From assembly GCA_964246995.1 (NCBI GenBank), contig CAXTSJ010000010.1:4171-68170 (forward strand): a DNA stretch of 64,000 nucleotides. Direction: 5' to 3'. A program made the translations under genes and the position numbers. The notes beneath the pieces are model-generated. The model saw nothing but the letters and a program-made list of their open reading frames with translations, ran no database searches and had not been told where the DNA came from. Positions 10,799 to 20,095 of this stretch are shown here, piece after piece (the stretch's first letter is position 1; every line of letters starts with the position of its first letter). Source of the stretch: an uncultured Hydrocarboniphaga sp. Its GTDB lineage: Bacteria; Pseudomonadota; Gammaproteobacteria; Nevskiales; Nevskiaceae.

Positions 10799-10845
10799 TT
10801 GACAGCAATCATCGCCCCACCTAGCCTGCGCATGCCATATGCGCA
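10799..10845 (+). promoter_or_regulatory. Sigma70 promoter and palindromic operator upstream of ccdA
   Basis: TTGACA (10799-10804), 17-bp spacer, TAGCCT (10822-10827); inverted repeat TGCGCAT-N5-ATGCGCA (10827-10845). Confidence 0.65.
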
Positions 10846-10867
10846 TCGACCGTTTCTGGAGTCTGCC

Positions 10868-11131
10868 ATGACTGACTCACCCGCCCGCAAAGCCACCAAC
10901 ATCAGCCTCGACGCCAAGCTGCTGCTCGAAGCGCGCGAGCTGGAGGTGAACGTTTCGCGCGCCTGCGAAGTCGGGTTGGCGGACGAGGTGCGCAAGCGGC
11001 GCTGGGCCAAGTGGCAGGAGGACAATCGCGAGGCCATCGAAGCTTACAACCAGTATGTCGCTACCCATGGCTTAGCTGCCGAACATCTTTATGGTCATCT
11101 CGCTCGCGAGCGCGACGATGGTGCAGTTTGA
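10868..11131 (+). CDS. ccdA: Type II toxin-antitoxin antitoxin CcdA
   Basis: RKATNISLD...NVSRACEVGL...WQEDNREAIEAYN pattern; GGAG RBS before ATG 10868. Confidence 0.9.
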   Translation: MTDSPARKATNISLDAKLLLEARELEVNVSRACEVGLADEVRKRRWAKWQEDNREAIEAYNQYVATHGLAAEHLYGHLARERDDGAV

Positions 11132-11428
11132 CGTTTTCGCAAATCCTCTCAAGGTGCTCCGCGCGGAGTTCCCTTACGTGGTCGATGTGCAGAGCAGCTT
11201 TCTAGAAGCCATCGACACGCGAGTCGTCGTCCTGCTAGGTACCCAGCACAGTTCCTGCCACTGCCGCATCTGGCGTTTTTAGTAGCGGTAGACGGCCACT
11301 CACTCTGGTTTTATCCCGCGCAGATTTTAACGCTGAGAAAATTCAGCCTCGGTCGCGCCGTAATCAACCTATCCGCTCAACGCGACGCCATCATCGCCGC
11401 GCTCGACCGACTCATCACTGGCATTTAA
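11118..11428 (+). pseudogene. ccdB: CcdB toxin, frameshifted by one missing base
   Basis: The N-half MVQFDVFANP...VDVQS...TRVVVLL runs to a stop at 11282. The C-half PAQFLPLPH...[15 protein letters not shown] lies in the -1 frame and ends at TAA 11426-11428. The 311-bp span is one base short of 104 codons. Confidence 0.85.
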
Positions 11429-13662
11429 TGAACCCCCTCGACCCCAACGAAGCCATCAGCGAAACCGAACGCGTCCCCCTGCGCGTCTTCGCCGAAAAAG
11501 CCTATCTCGACTACTCGATGTATGTGGTGCTCGACCGCGCGCTGCCGCATGTGGCGGACGGCCTCAAGCCGGTGCAGCGCCGCATCATCTATGCGATGAA
11601 CGAGCTGGGCATCACCGCCACCGCCAAGCACCGCAAGTCGGCGCTGACGGTGGGCGATGTCATCGGCAAGTTCCATCCGCATGGCGACTCGGCGTGCTAC
11701 GAGGCGATGGTGACGATGGCGCAGCCCTTCAACTACCGCTATCCGCTGGTGGACGGGCAGGGCAATTGGGGCTCGCCCGATGACCCCAAGTCCTTCGCCG
11801 CGTATCGCTACACCGAATCGCGGCTGACCCACTACGCGCAGACCCTGCTCGGCGAAGTCGACCAGGGCACGGTGGACTGGCTGCCGACGTTCGACGGCAC
11901 GCGCGACGAGCCGCGCCAGTTGCCGGCGCGGCTACCGAACATCCTGGTCAACGGCACCACCGGCATCGCCGTGGGCATGGCGACGGACATTCCGCCGCAC
12001 AACATCCGCGAACTCGCAGTGGCCTGCATTCACCTGCTCAAGCATCCGAACGCGCAGCTGGAAACGCTGATGGATTTCATCCCCGGCCCCGACTTCCCCA
12101 CGGGTTGCGAGATCGTCTCCGAGCCGCACGACTTGCTGAAGATCTACTCGACCGGTAACGGCCAGGTACGGGCTCGTGCGCGCTGGGAGAAAGAGGAAGA
12201 CACCGGCTCGATCGTCATCACCCATCTGCCTTATCAAGTGTCCGGCTCACGCATCCAGGAGCAGATCGCCGAGCAGATGCGGGCGAAGAAGCTGCCGATC
12301 GTCGAGGACGTGCGCGACGAATCCGACCACGAGAATCCGACGCGCATCGTCATCATCCCGCGCAGCAATCGCGTCGATGCCGAAGTGCTGATGGCGCATC
12401 TGTTCGCGACCACCGATCTGGAACGCGGCTACCGGGTCAACCTCAACATGATCGGCCTGGACGGTCGTCCGCGGGTGAAGAATCTGCGCGACATCCTCAC
12501 CGAGTGGCTGAGCTTCCGTTTCAACACGGTCACGCGCCGGCTCAATCATCGGCTGCAGAAGGTCAACGATCGCCTGCACCTGCTGGAAGGCTTGCTGATC
12601 GCGTTCCTCAATCTGGACGAGGTGATCCGCATCATCCGTTTCGAGGACGAGCCGCGCGCCAGGCTGATGCGCACGTTTGCGCTCTCCGAGACGCAGACCG
12701 ATTACATCCTCGACACGCGCCTGCGCCAGTTGCAGCGTCTAGAAGAGATGAAGATCAAGGGCGAGCAGGCCGAGCTCGCGGCCGAGCGCGCTGGACTCGA
12801 AGATCTGCTGGGTGACGACGACAAGCTCAAGAAGCTGATTGCTGCTGAGATCAAGGAAGACGCCAAGACGCATGGCGACGAGCGTCGCTGCCCGATCAAC
12901 GCCAAGCCGCCGGCGGTGGCGATGTCGCTGACGGAAATCACGCCGGCCGAACCGGTGACGGTGGTGATCTCCAAGGCCGGCTGGATTCGCGCCGGCAAGG
13001 GCCACGATCTCGACCCGACCGCGCTTTCGTACAAGAGCGGCGATGAATACCTCGCGCACGCCATCGGCAAGACCAATCAACTCCTGATCCTGCTCGACAG
13101 CCGGGGCCGCTGCTACACGCTCAATCCGCGCGAGCTGCCGTCCGCGCGCTCGCAAGGCGAGCCGGTGACGACCAAGCTCGATCTGCAGGACAAGGCGCGC
13201 ATCGTCGCGCTGATCATGGGCGAGGAGACCGATCGCTATGTGCTGGGCTCATCCGAGGGCTACGGCTTCCAGACGCGCCTCGGTGAATTGCAGGCGCGCA
13301 ACAAGGCAGGCAAGGCGGTGATCACGCTCGAAGGCCAGCCGCTCACGCCGGCGTTGACCCGGGATGCGGGAGATCGCTTTGCCCTGGTCACCGCAGAAGG
13401 CCGGCTGCTGATCTTTTCCATCGCCGATCTGCCGGAGCTGTCCAAAGGCAAAGGCAACAAACTGGTCACATTGAAGGGCGAAGATCGCATCGTCGCCAGT
13501 GCGGTGGTGCCGGTGGGTACCGCCCTGGTGCTGACCTGCGGCAAACGCACGCTGACGCTCAAGGCCAACGACATCGCGGCCTACACCGCCGCCCGCGCCT
13601 CCCGTGGCAATCACTTGCCGCGGGGGTATCAGACGGTGGATCGGATGGCGGCGGTGGTGTAG
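11428..13662 (+). CDS. parC: DNA topoisomerase IV subunit A
   Basis: [28 protein letters not shown], catalytic RY in [10 protein letters not shown]; 744 aa with no GyrA-box. Confidence 0.96.
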   Translation: MNPLDPNEAISETERVPLRVFAEKAYLDYSMYVVLDRALPHVADGLKPVQRRIIYAMNELGITATAKHRKSALTVGDVIGKFHPHGDSACYEAMVTMAQPFNYRYPLVDGQGNWGSPDDPKSFAAYRYTESRLTHYAQTLLGEVDQGTVDWLPTFDGTRDEPRQLPARLPNILVNGTTGIAVGMATDIPPHNIRELAVACIHLLKHPNAQLETLMDFIPGPDFPTGCEIVSEPHDLLKIYSTGNGQVRARARWEKEEDTGSIVITHLPYQVSGSRIQEQIAEQMRAKKLPIVEDVRDESDHENPTRIVIIPRSNRVDAEVLMAHLFATTDLERGYRVNLNMIGLDGRPRVKNLRDILTEWLSFRFNTVTRRLNHRLQKVNDRLHLLEGLLIAFLNLDEVIRIIRFEDEPRARLMRTFALSETQTDYILDTRLRQLQRLEEMKIKGEQAELAAERAGLEDLLGDDDKLKKLIAAEIKEDAKTHGDERRCPINAKPPAVAMSLTEITPAEPVTVVISKAGWIRAGKGHDLDPTALSYKSGDEYLAHAIGKTNQLLILLDSRGRCYTLNPRELPSARSQGEPVTTKLDLQDKARIVALIMGEETDRYVLGSSEGYGFQTRLGELQARNKAGKAVITLEGQPLTPALTRDAGDRFALVTAEGRLLIFSIADLPELSKGKGNKLVTLKGEDRIVASAVVPVGTALVLTCGKRTLTLKANDIAAYTAARASRGNHLPRGYQTVDRMAAVV

Positions 13663-13749
13663 ACGGAGAAAGGATGCGAAACGTTCTTGAAAGTTGGGCG
13701 TCACGCCACAGATTTTCTTTGTCTCCAACGCACCCCGCTCCCCGAAGTC

Positions 13750-14616
13750 ATGAAACGCATCTTCCTGTTCCTCGCCACCAACATTGCCGTGATGCTGGTG
13801 CTGTCGGTCGTTGCCTCGCTGCTCGGCGTCGATCGTTATCTCACCGCCAATGGCCTGAACCTGCCGGCCCTGCTCGCGTTCTCGGCGATCTTCGGCTTCG
13901 GCGGCTCGTTCATTTCGCTGTTCATGTCGAAGTGGCTGGCCAAGCGCTCGACTGGCGCGACCGTCATCACCCAGCCGCGCAATTCGGCCGAAGCCTGGTT
14001 GCTCGCTACGGTCGAACGCCTGGCGCGGGCCGCCGGTATCGGCATGCCAGAAGTCGCGGTGTACGACGCGCCCGATCCCAACGCATTCGCCACCGGCGCC
14101 ACCAAGAACTCATCCCTGGTCGCGGTCAGCACCGGCCTTCTGCGCAGCATGAGCCAGGACGAGATCGAGGCGGTGCTGGCGCACGAGGTCAGCCATATCG
14201 CCAACGGCGACATGGTTACGCTCACGCTGATCCAGGGTGTACTCAACACCTTCGTCATGTTCCTGTCGCGCGTCGTCGGTTACGTCATTGACAAGGCCGT
14301 GTTCAAGACCGAGCGCGGCACGGGCGCGGGCTACTTCATCACGGTGATGGTGCTGCAGATCGTCTTCGGCATCCTGGCTTCGATGATCGTCGCCTGGTTC
14401 TCGCGCCAGCGGGAGTTCCGTGCCGACGCCGGGTCGGCGCACCTGGCGGGCAAGCGCAAGATGATCGCCGCACTGCAGAAGCTCGGCGGTGCGCACGTCG
14501 CCTCGACCTTGCCGCCGCAGCAGATGGCCTTCGGCATTGCTGGCGGTGCACGCGAGTGGTTTGCGACCCATCCGTCGATCGAAAAGCGCATCGCGGCACT
14601 GCAGGCCGCGGCCTAG
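13750..14616 (+). CDS. htpX: Zinc metalloprotease HtpX
   Basis: [11 protein letters not shown] start, PNAFATG, HEVSH zinc motif, [13 protein letters not shown]. Confidence 0.96.
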   Translation: MKRIFLFLATNIAVMLVLSVVASLLGVDRYLTANGLNLPALLAFSAIFGFGGSFISLFMSKWLAKRSTGATVITQPRNSAEAWLLATVERLARAAGIGMPEVAVYDAPDPNAFATGATKNSSLVAVSTGLLRSMSQDEIEAVLAHEVSHIANGDMVTLTLIQGVLNTFVMFLSRVVGYVIDKAVFKTERGTGAGYFITVMVLQIVFGILASMIVAWFSRQREFRADAGSAHLAGKRKMIAALQKLGGAHVASTLPPQQMAFGIAGGAREWFATHPSIEKRIAALQAAA

Positions 14617-14624
14617 TCGGGCCG

Positions 14625-17050
14625 TCAAAAATCCCAAAGGACGCGCAGACCGAATTCACGCGGCGGCGCCAGTGTCTTGGTGAGGCCGAAGTCGTTCTGG
14701 AACTGCTGGATGTGATAGCGCTCGTTGAGCGCGTTCTTGGCGAACACCGTGACCCGCGTTTTCCAGGGGTCGTATAGATAGCTCACGCGGCCGCCGAGCG
14801 TCGAGTAGGCCTTCTCCTTCACGGTGTTGAAGGCGTCGTAGTAGAAGCCTGAGTTGAAGTAGTTGTCGATCGCGAATTCCAGGCTGCCGTTCTGCAGGTC
14901 CACCGCCTGTACCAGGCCGACGCTGCCCGAGTTTTTGGGCGCGCGCACGATCTTGTTGCCCGAGCAATCCAGGTTGGCCGCGTACAGGCCGCTGCCCTCG
15001 CGGAAGCCCGGGCAAGGATTGAAGTCGTCGTACTGGGCGTCGACGTAAGCGGCGTTGAACGAGATCGCAAGGCCCGGATCGAAGTCCGGGAACGGCAGAG
15101 CGGTGCCGTCGACCTCCACGCCGCGCGTGGTCGCCGAGCCGGCGTTGATGAACTGCACCGCGCCGCCCGAAAGCACCGACACGAAGCCCGACTGCAGATC
15201 GGTGATCTTATTGTTGAAGACCGCGCCGTTGATGCGCAACAGGTGGTTGAAGAAATCCACCTTGGCGCCGAGCTCGTACGTGGTGACTTTTTCCGGCTTG
15301 ATGTATTTGGGCGGAATGTAGATGTTGACGACGTTGTAGGTGCCGCTCTTGTAGCCGACGCCATAGGACGCATACACCAGCGCGTTCTCGCGCGGATGCG
15401 CGCTGAGCACGACCTTCGGCGAGAAATTCTTCGCGGTCGCGCTCGGCAGATCGAACTGCAGGGCTTTCTGGTCGAACTCGATGACCGGGACCGTGAAGTC
15501 GGTCTCCGACTTGGTCAGAAAGCGCTTCTCCTCCTGATAGCGGCCGCCCAAGGTGAGATCGAAGAATTCGTCGAAGTAATAGGTGCCCTGGGCGTAGCCG
15601 GAAGTGCTCTTGGTGCCGAGTACGCCGCTGAACTGGATCGTCAGGCCGTCGTCGCCCAGCGGCGAGCCATTGCTGATCGGCAGACCGCTGATGGCGTCGA
15701 GGACCCTGTTGAACGCATCCGGTATCGGCAGCCCGAACGAGCTTGCGAGATTGGCGAAACTGGTGAGCGCCTGCGGCGCAACGCGCAGGTGCGCGGGGTC
15801 GAAGCCCGCTCTGCTCCGGAGGTAGTAAAGGCCGGCGACCCATTTGAATTTGTCGGAGCCCGGCGTGTCGGCGTTGGACAGGAATTGCAGCTCGTAGGTC
15901 TGCAGCTTGCTGAACTCGTTGAGCGCGTCGAAGGCCGCGATCGGGATCGCCGAGCCGTCGAAGTCGATCGTCGCCGGGCCGGTCACGATCTCCTGATGGC
16001 TGCCGAGCAGTTTCACGTCGAACCAGGGCAGCGTCCAGGTGGCATTGCCGTAGTAGATGTCCTGCGTCGCCTTATCGGGCGGATGATTCAGATCGGTGTC
16101 GGAGTCGAAGTTGTCCTCGGCTGGCATGATGCCCGCCGCAGTGCCGACCAGCGTCGGGTCGGTGTTGTTGCCGAAGGTGCTGCTGTAGCCCGTCTGCTGG
16201 GTGTTGTAGGAGGTGAGGTTGAGCGACGCTCGTCGGCCGGGTGGATGCTGGCTTTGAAGCGGTAGGCATAGGACTTGGTCTTCGGCAGATCGAAGTTGGT
16301 GGCGTCGTAATAATTGTCCTGGGTCTTGTAGACCCCGGCGCCGCTGACCGATAGCCAGTCCACCACCGGTAGCGTCACCGATCCCTTGACCTGGCGGCTG
16401 TTGAAATTGCCCAGCTCGCTTTCGATCTGCGCCTTGAAGATGTTGCCCGGATCCTCCGTGATGACGCTGATGGCGCCGCCGGTGGCGTTGCGGCCGAACA
16501 GCGTGCCCTGCGGGCCTTTGAGCACCTCCACGCGCTGCACGTTGCCCAGCGACTGCGCCTCGGTGTGGCCCTGCGGTACATAGATGCCATCGATATACGT
16601 GGCGATGCTGGGGTCCGCCGAGGGGATGAAATTATCGGTGCCGATGCCGCGCAGGAAGATCAGGGTGAAGCCGGCGACGTCGGTGAACTGCAGGCTCGGC
16701 ACCACTTGCCCGAGCTGATAGGTGTTCTCGACGCCGCGCGCGGCAATGGCCTCGCCACTGAAGGCCTGGATCGAGATCGGCACGTCCTGCAGTTTTTCCT
16801 CGCGCTTCTGGGCGGTCACCACGACCTCTTCCACGATGCGGTTGCGCACCGCCGGCGACGAGGGCGCCGGCGCCTGCGGCTCGCGGGCGGGAGATACGGG
16901 GATGGTGTCCAGAGGCTCGTCGGACTGCGGAATCGCTTCCGCTAGAGAAGCTCCGGTGGACACGGCGCCGCTGTCTTGCGCGGCCGATATCGCCGGCGCC
17001 AGCAGCGCGCCGGCAGTGATTACACCCAGCAACAGGCTGTTGAATTGCAC
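14625..17050 (-). pseudogene. TonB-dependent receptor, frameshifted near 16227
   Basis: N-part has a signal peptide, EEVVVTAQKRE and VEVLKGPQGTLFGRNA; C-part is a barrel ending LWDF. The frames join if one base is restored in GAG C-G TCG (16228/16227). GTG 17050 follows GGAGAG. Confidence 0.85.
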
Positions 17051-17285
17051 GGGCTCTCCTCCGTCGAAGCGGAGTGGAGGCACTGGCGCATTTGGCCGGT
17101 GCTCCACTCTCGGTTTTGGTGATGCCGCAGACTATCAAATCGTGCAGGTAAGGTAGCGATCGCTTGTTCGGCTGGCTGCTGGGGCCCCGGCACGCCTGCC
17201 CCTGGCAACAGCTACAGCGGCGGCGCCGCATGATTTAAGATCGCGTCCTAACGATTTACTACCTTGCCGATCGGGAACGAACGCC

Positions 17286-18005
17286 ATGTATGACCCTTAC
17301 GCCGCGCTGGCGGCGATCGACGCACACACCTTCTCGATCATGGCCTGCCTGCTGATCACCGTGGTCGCGGTGTTTGTGTACTTCTATATCGCCGTGGCGA
17401 TGGCGATCCGCCAGCAGGTTTACGTGGTGCCCTTCGTCGGCGCCGCGGTGTTTCTCTGGCACGACTTCACCTTCGTGACCATGTGGCACCAGTGGTTCGT
17501 GGTTTACAACCATTGGTGGGTGAAGATGTGGTGGTTCGCGCTGGTCGGCTCGGTGGGCTTCGAAGCGTTTCTGATTTATCAGATCATTCGCTATGGCCGC
17601 AAAGAACTGTTCCTGAACATCTCCCAGCAGGCATTCACCGTGCTGGTCCTGCTGGGCACGCTGGGTGTCGGCGCGGGTTGGCTGCTGATCAAGACCTCGC
17701 TCGGCGATCCGCTGTTCTTCATTACTTTCGTGATCACCGCGGTGTGGTCGGTGCCTTTTCACACCGCGCTGATGGCCAAGCGCCAAAGCCGCGCCGGGCA
17801 GTCGGTCGTGATGGAAGCGAGCACCGTGGTGATGATCCTCTCTTTGACGGGCGCCTTCTCGCAGATTGATCCGTTCTTCCGCTCGATCCCGTTCCTGGCC
17901 TTCGTCCTGGTGTTCACCCTCTGGCCGCTCGCGAACATCTGGCTGATTCTGCGTTTGCCGGAATACCGGCCCGCGGCTGTGTCGGGGAGAGCGGTACTGG
18001 CTTGA
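17286..18005 (+). CDS. Multi-pass membrane protein resembling PaxB/Pyr4-type membrane terpene cyclases
   Basis: About 7 hydrophobic segments; R..VYVVP...LWHD, IYQIIRYG and RAGQS resemble family motifs. Function is inferred. Confidence 0.6.
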   Translation: MYDPYAALAAIDAHTFSIMACLLITVVAVFVYFYIAVAMAIRQQVYVVPFVGAAVFLWHDFTFVTMWHQWFVVYNHWWVKMWWFALVGSVGFEAFLIYQIIRYGRKELFLNISQQAFTVLVLLGTLGVGAGWLLIKTSLGDPLFFITFVITAVWSVPFHTALMAKRQSRAGQSVVMEASTVVMILSLTGAFSQIDPFFRSIPFLAFVLVFTLWPLANIWLILRLPEYRPAAVSGRAVLA

Positions 18006-18041
18006 GCCTTTTCGAGAAGAGGCTCGACTTGAGCGCTTGAC

Positions 18042-18896
18042 GTGCCGGGTGCAGGGCACGGCCCGCTGCTGACATCCCCGGTCAACGACGCCCTGCTGGA
18101 AGCGCGAGCTGCGGGTCGGCCGGTCGTCGAATGCTCGCTCGACCTGGGCCGGTCGATCAGCGTGGTCGAGGTCGGCGTTTCGGCTTGGACCTGGTGCGGC
18201 CGCGGTTTTCCGTTTCTGGAGGTCTGCAAGGACCGCACGATCTATCACTGGACCGGCGACCGCTTTGCGCCGGTCGCGCGCTTCGACACCTCGCTGATCA
18301 AGCTGGTGCCCACGTCGTGGGGGCCGCCCACGTTCGAGATCGACGGCATCAAGATGCTGCCCACCGCGCAGGTGTCGCCCCACGCGGACGCGCAGCGCAA
18401 GGTCGGCCTGATCCAGCCGCGTGGCAAGCTGGTGCTCGATACTTGCGGGGGCTTGGGCTACTTCGCCGCGTGGTGTCTGCAGGACGGGGCGCGGCAGGTG
18501 ACGTCGTTCGAGAAGAATCCCGACGTGATCTGGCTGCGCAGCCTCAACCCCTGGTCGCCCGATCACGCCGGCGCGCAAGACCAAGCGAGCCGCTTGACGC
18601 TGCACCATGCCGACATCGCCGAGCGGATCCCGGCGCTGCCGAGCGCATCGATGGACGCGATCCTGCATGACCCGCCGCGTTTCGGCATCGCCGGAGAGCT
18701 GTACTCGCAGGCGTTCTACGATCAGCTCGCCAGAGTCATCAAGCCCAGAGGCCGTCTGTTCCACTACACCGGCGCGCCGAACAAGCTCACCAGCCGGCGA
18801 GACGTCCCCAACGAGGTGGCGACGCGTCTGCAGCGCGCCGGATTCTCCACGGCTTTGGACGGCGACGGCGTGATCGCGATCCGGCTCGCCAGGTGA
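18042..18896 (+). CDS. SAM-dependent methyltransferase, COG2521-like
   Basis: SLDLG, PTFEIDGIKM, VLDTCGGLGY, NPWS, HDPPRF, GELYS, LFHYTG. Confidence 0.8.
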   Translation: MPGAGHGPLLTSPVNDALLEARAAGRPVVECSLDLGRSISVVEVGVSAWTWCGRGFPFLEVCKDRTIYHWTGDRFAPVARFDTSLIKLVPTSWGPPTFEIDGIKMLPTAQVSPHADAQRKVGLIQPRGKLVLDTCGGLGYFAAWCLQDGARQVTSFEKNPDVIWLRSLNPWSPDHAGAQDQASRLTLHHADIAERIPALPSASMDAILHDPPRFGIAGELYSQAFYDQLARVIKPRGRLFHYTGAPNKLTSRRDVPNEVATRLQRAGFSTALDGDGVIAIRLAR

Positions 18897-18933
18897 TGAC
18901 TAAATCCCAAGCAGAACAATTCGGTATCAGCAT

Positions 18934-19896
18934 TTGCTAAAGTCCGGGCTTCATTCTCGTCAGCCAGCGCCCAACGTGAACCACGCCCCGCCTCCGCGAG
19001 CCTCGACGCCGACGACCACGCGGATTCTGTTGGGACTGTTCGCCGCGCTGTCGATCTCTCTGCTGGCGACCGGTGCCGCGTATGCCCGCGCAACGGGGGC
19101 AGACCTGTCGCTCAAATCCAATGTCGTGGTGGTGGTGGACCAGGAGAGCGGCGAGATCCTGATCTCCAAGAACGCCGACGTGAAGACGCCCATCGCCTCG
19201 CTGACCAAGCTGATTACGGCGCTGGTGGTGATCGACGCGCACCTACCGATGGGCGAGGTGCTGGAAGTCAGCCGCGACGATGTCGATCGCGACAAGCACA
19301 CGCATTCGCGCCTCACCGTCGGTACCCGCCTGACGCGCGCCGACATGCTGCTGCTCGCGCTGATGTCGTCGGAGAACCGCGCCGCGATGGCGCTGAGCCG
19401 CGGCTATCCCGGTGGGCGCCAGGCTTTCGTGATGCATATGAACGCCAAGGCGAAGACGCTGGGCATGGTCTCGACCAGCTTCACCGACCCGTCGGGGCTG
19501 TCGAGCCTGAATGTCTCCACCGCCCGCGATCTGCTGCGCCTGGTCAGCGCCGCCGAAACCCAGGCCCTGATCCGCAACTACACCACGCAGCCCGAGGCCT
19601 TGGTGCAGGTGCGCAAGCAGCGGCTCAAGTTCGTCAACACCAACCGCATGGTCCGCAATTCTCCCGACTGGGATATCGAGTTGCAGAAGACCGGTTTCAC
19701 CAACGAAGCCGGGCGCTGCCTGGTGATGCGTGCCACCACACTGAACCGCAAGCTGTCGATGGTGTTCCTCAATTCGTTCGGCACGCTCACCCGCTTCGCC
19801 GACGCCGCGCGAGTGCGCAGGCAGCTGCAGCTGGAGGCCGAGCAACTGCGGCGGCTGCCGACCAAAGTGGCGACGGTGAGCAAAGCCGCTTCCTGA
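18934..19896 (+). CDS. pbpG: D-alanyl-D-alanine endopeptidase, PBP7-like (peptidase S11)
   Basis: SLTK, SEN and KTG motifs; KTGFTNEAGRCL; signal-like N-terminus; start may be GTG 18976. Confidence 0.85.
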   Translation: MLKSGLHSRQPAPNVNHAPPPRASTPTTTRILLGLFAALSISLLATGAAYARATGADLSLKSNVVVVVDQESGEILISKNADVKTPIASLTKLITALVVIDAHLPMGEVLEVSRDDVDRDKHTHSRLTVGTRLTRADMLLLALMSSENRAAMALSRGYPGGRQAFVMHMNAKAKTLGMVSTSFTDPSGLSSLNVSTARDLLRLVSAAETQALIRNYTTQPEALVQVRKQRLKFVNTNRMVRNSPDWDIELQKTGFTNEAGRCLVMRATTLNRKLSMVFLNSFGTLTRFADAARVRRQLQLEAEQLRRLPTKVATVSKAAS

Positions 19897-20095
19897 GTTG
19901 CCCACCGGACGGCGTCATCGCCGCCGCCTTCCGCAGATCCAATCTTCTCGCCATCGATCAAAAGTCTGGGTGACGAAGCGGTCGAGAAGTCCTGATGCTC
20001 GCGTTATCGCTTCGGCCTCCTCTCGCGCGCGCTCACGCTGTCGACGCTGCGATCCGCGAACAGCTCGGCGCCCGTGTCGACCTGCCCGCCTGGCT

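Noticed and set aside
11091-11282. 63-aa ORF as a standalone gene
   Set aside because: It is the 5' half of frameshifted ccdB; its tail after about 11244 is out-of-frame sequence.
11428-13662. Possible gyrA, the canonical CcdB target
   Set aside because: The length, N-terminal [18 protein letters not shown] and lack of a GyrA-box identify it as ParC.
19897-20095. Possible gene remnant or small ORFs between pbpG and the oxidoreductase
   Set aside because: No recognisable motif, RBS or repeat, so no call can be supported.
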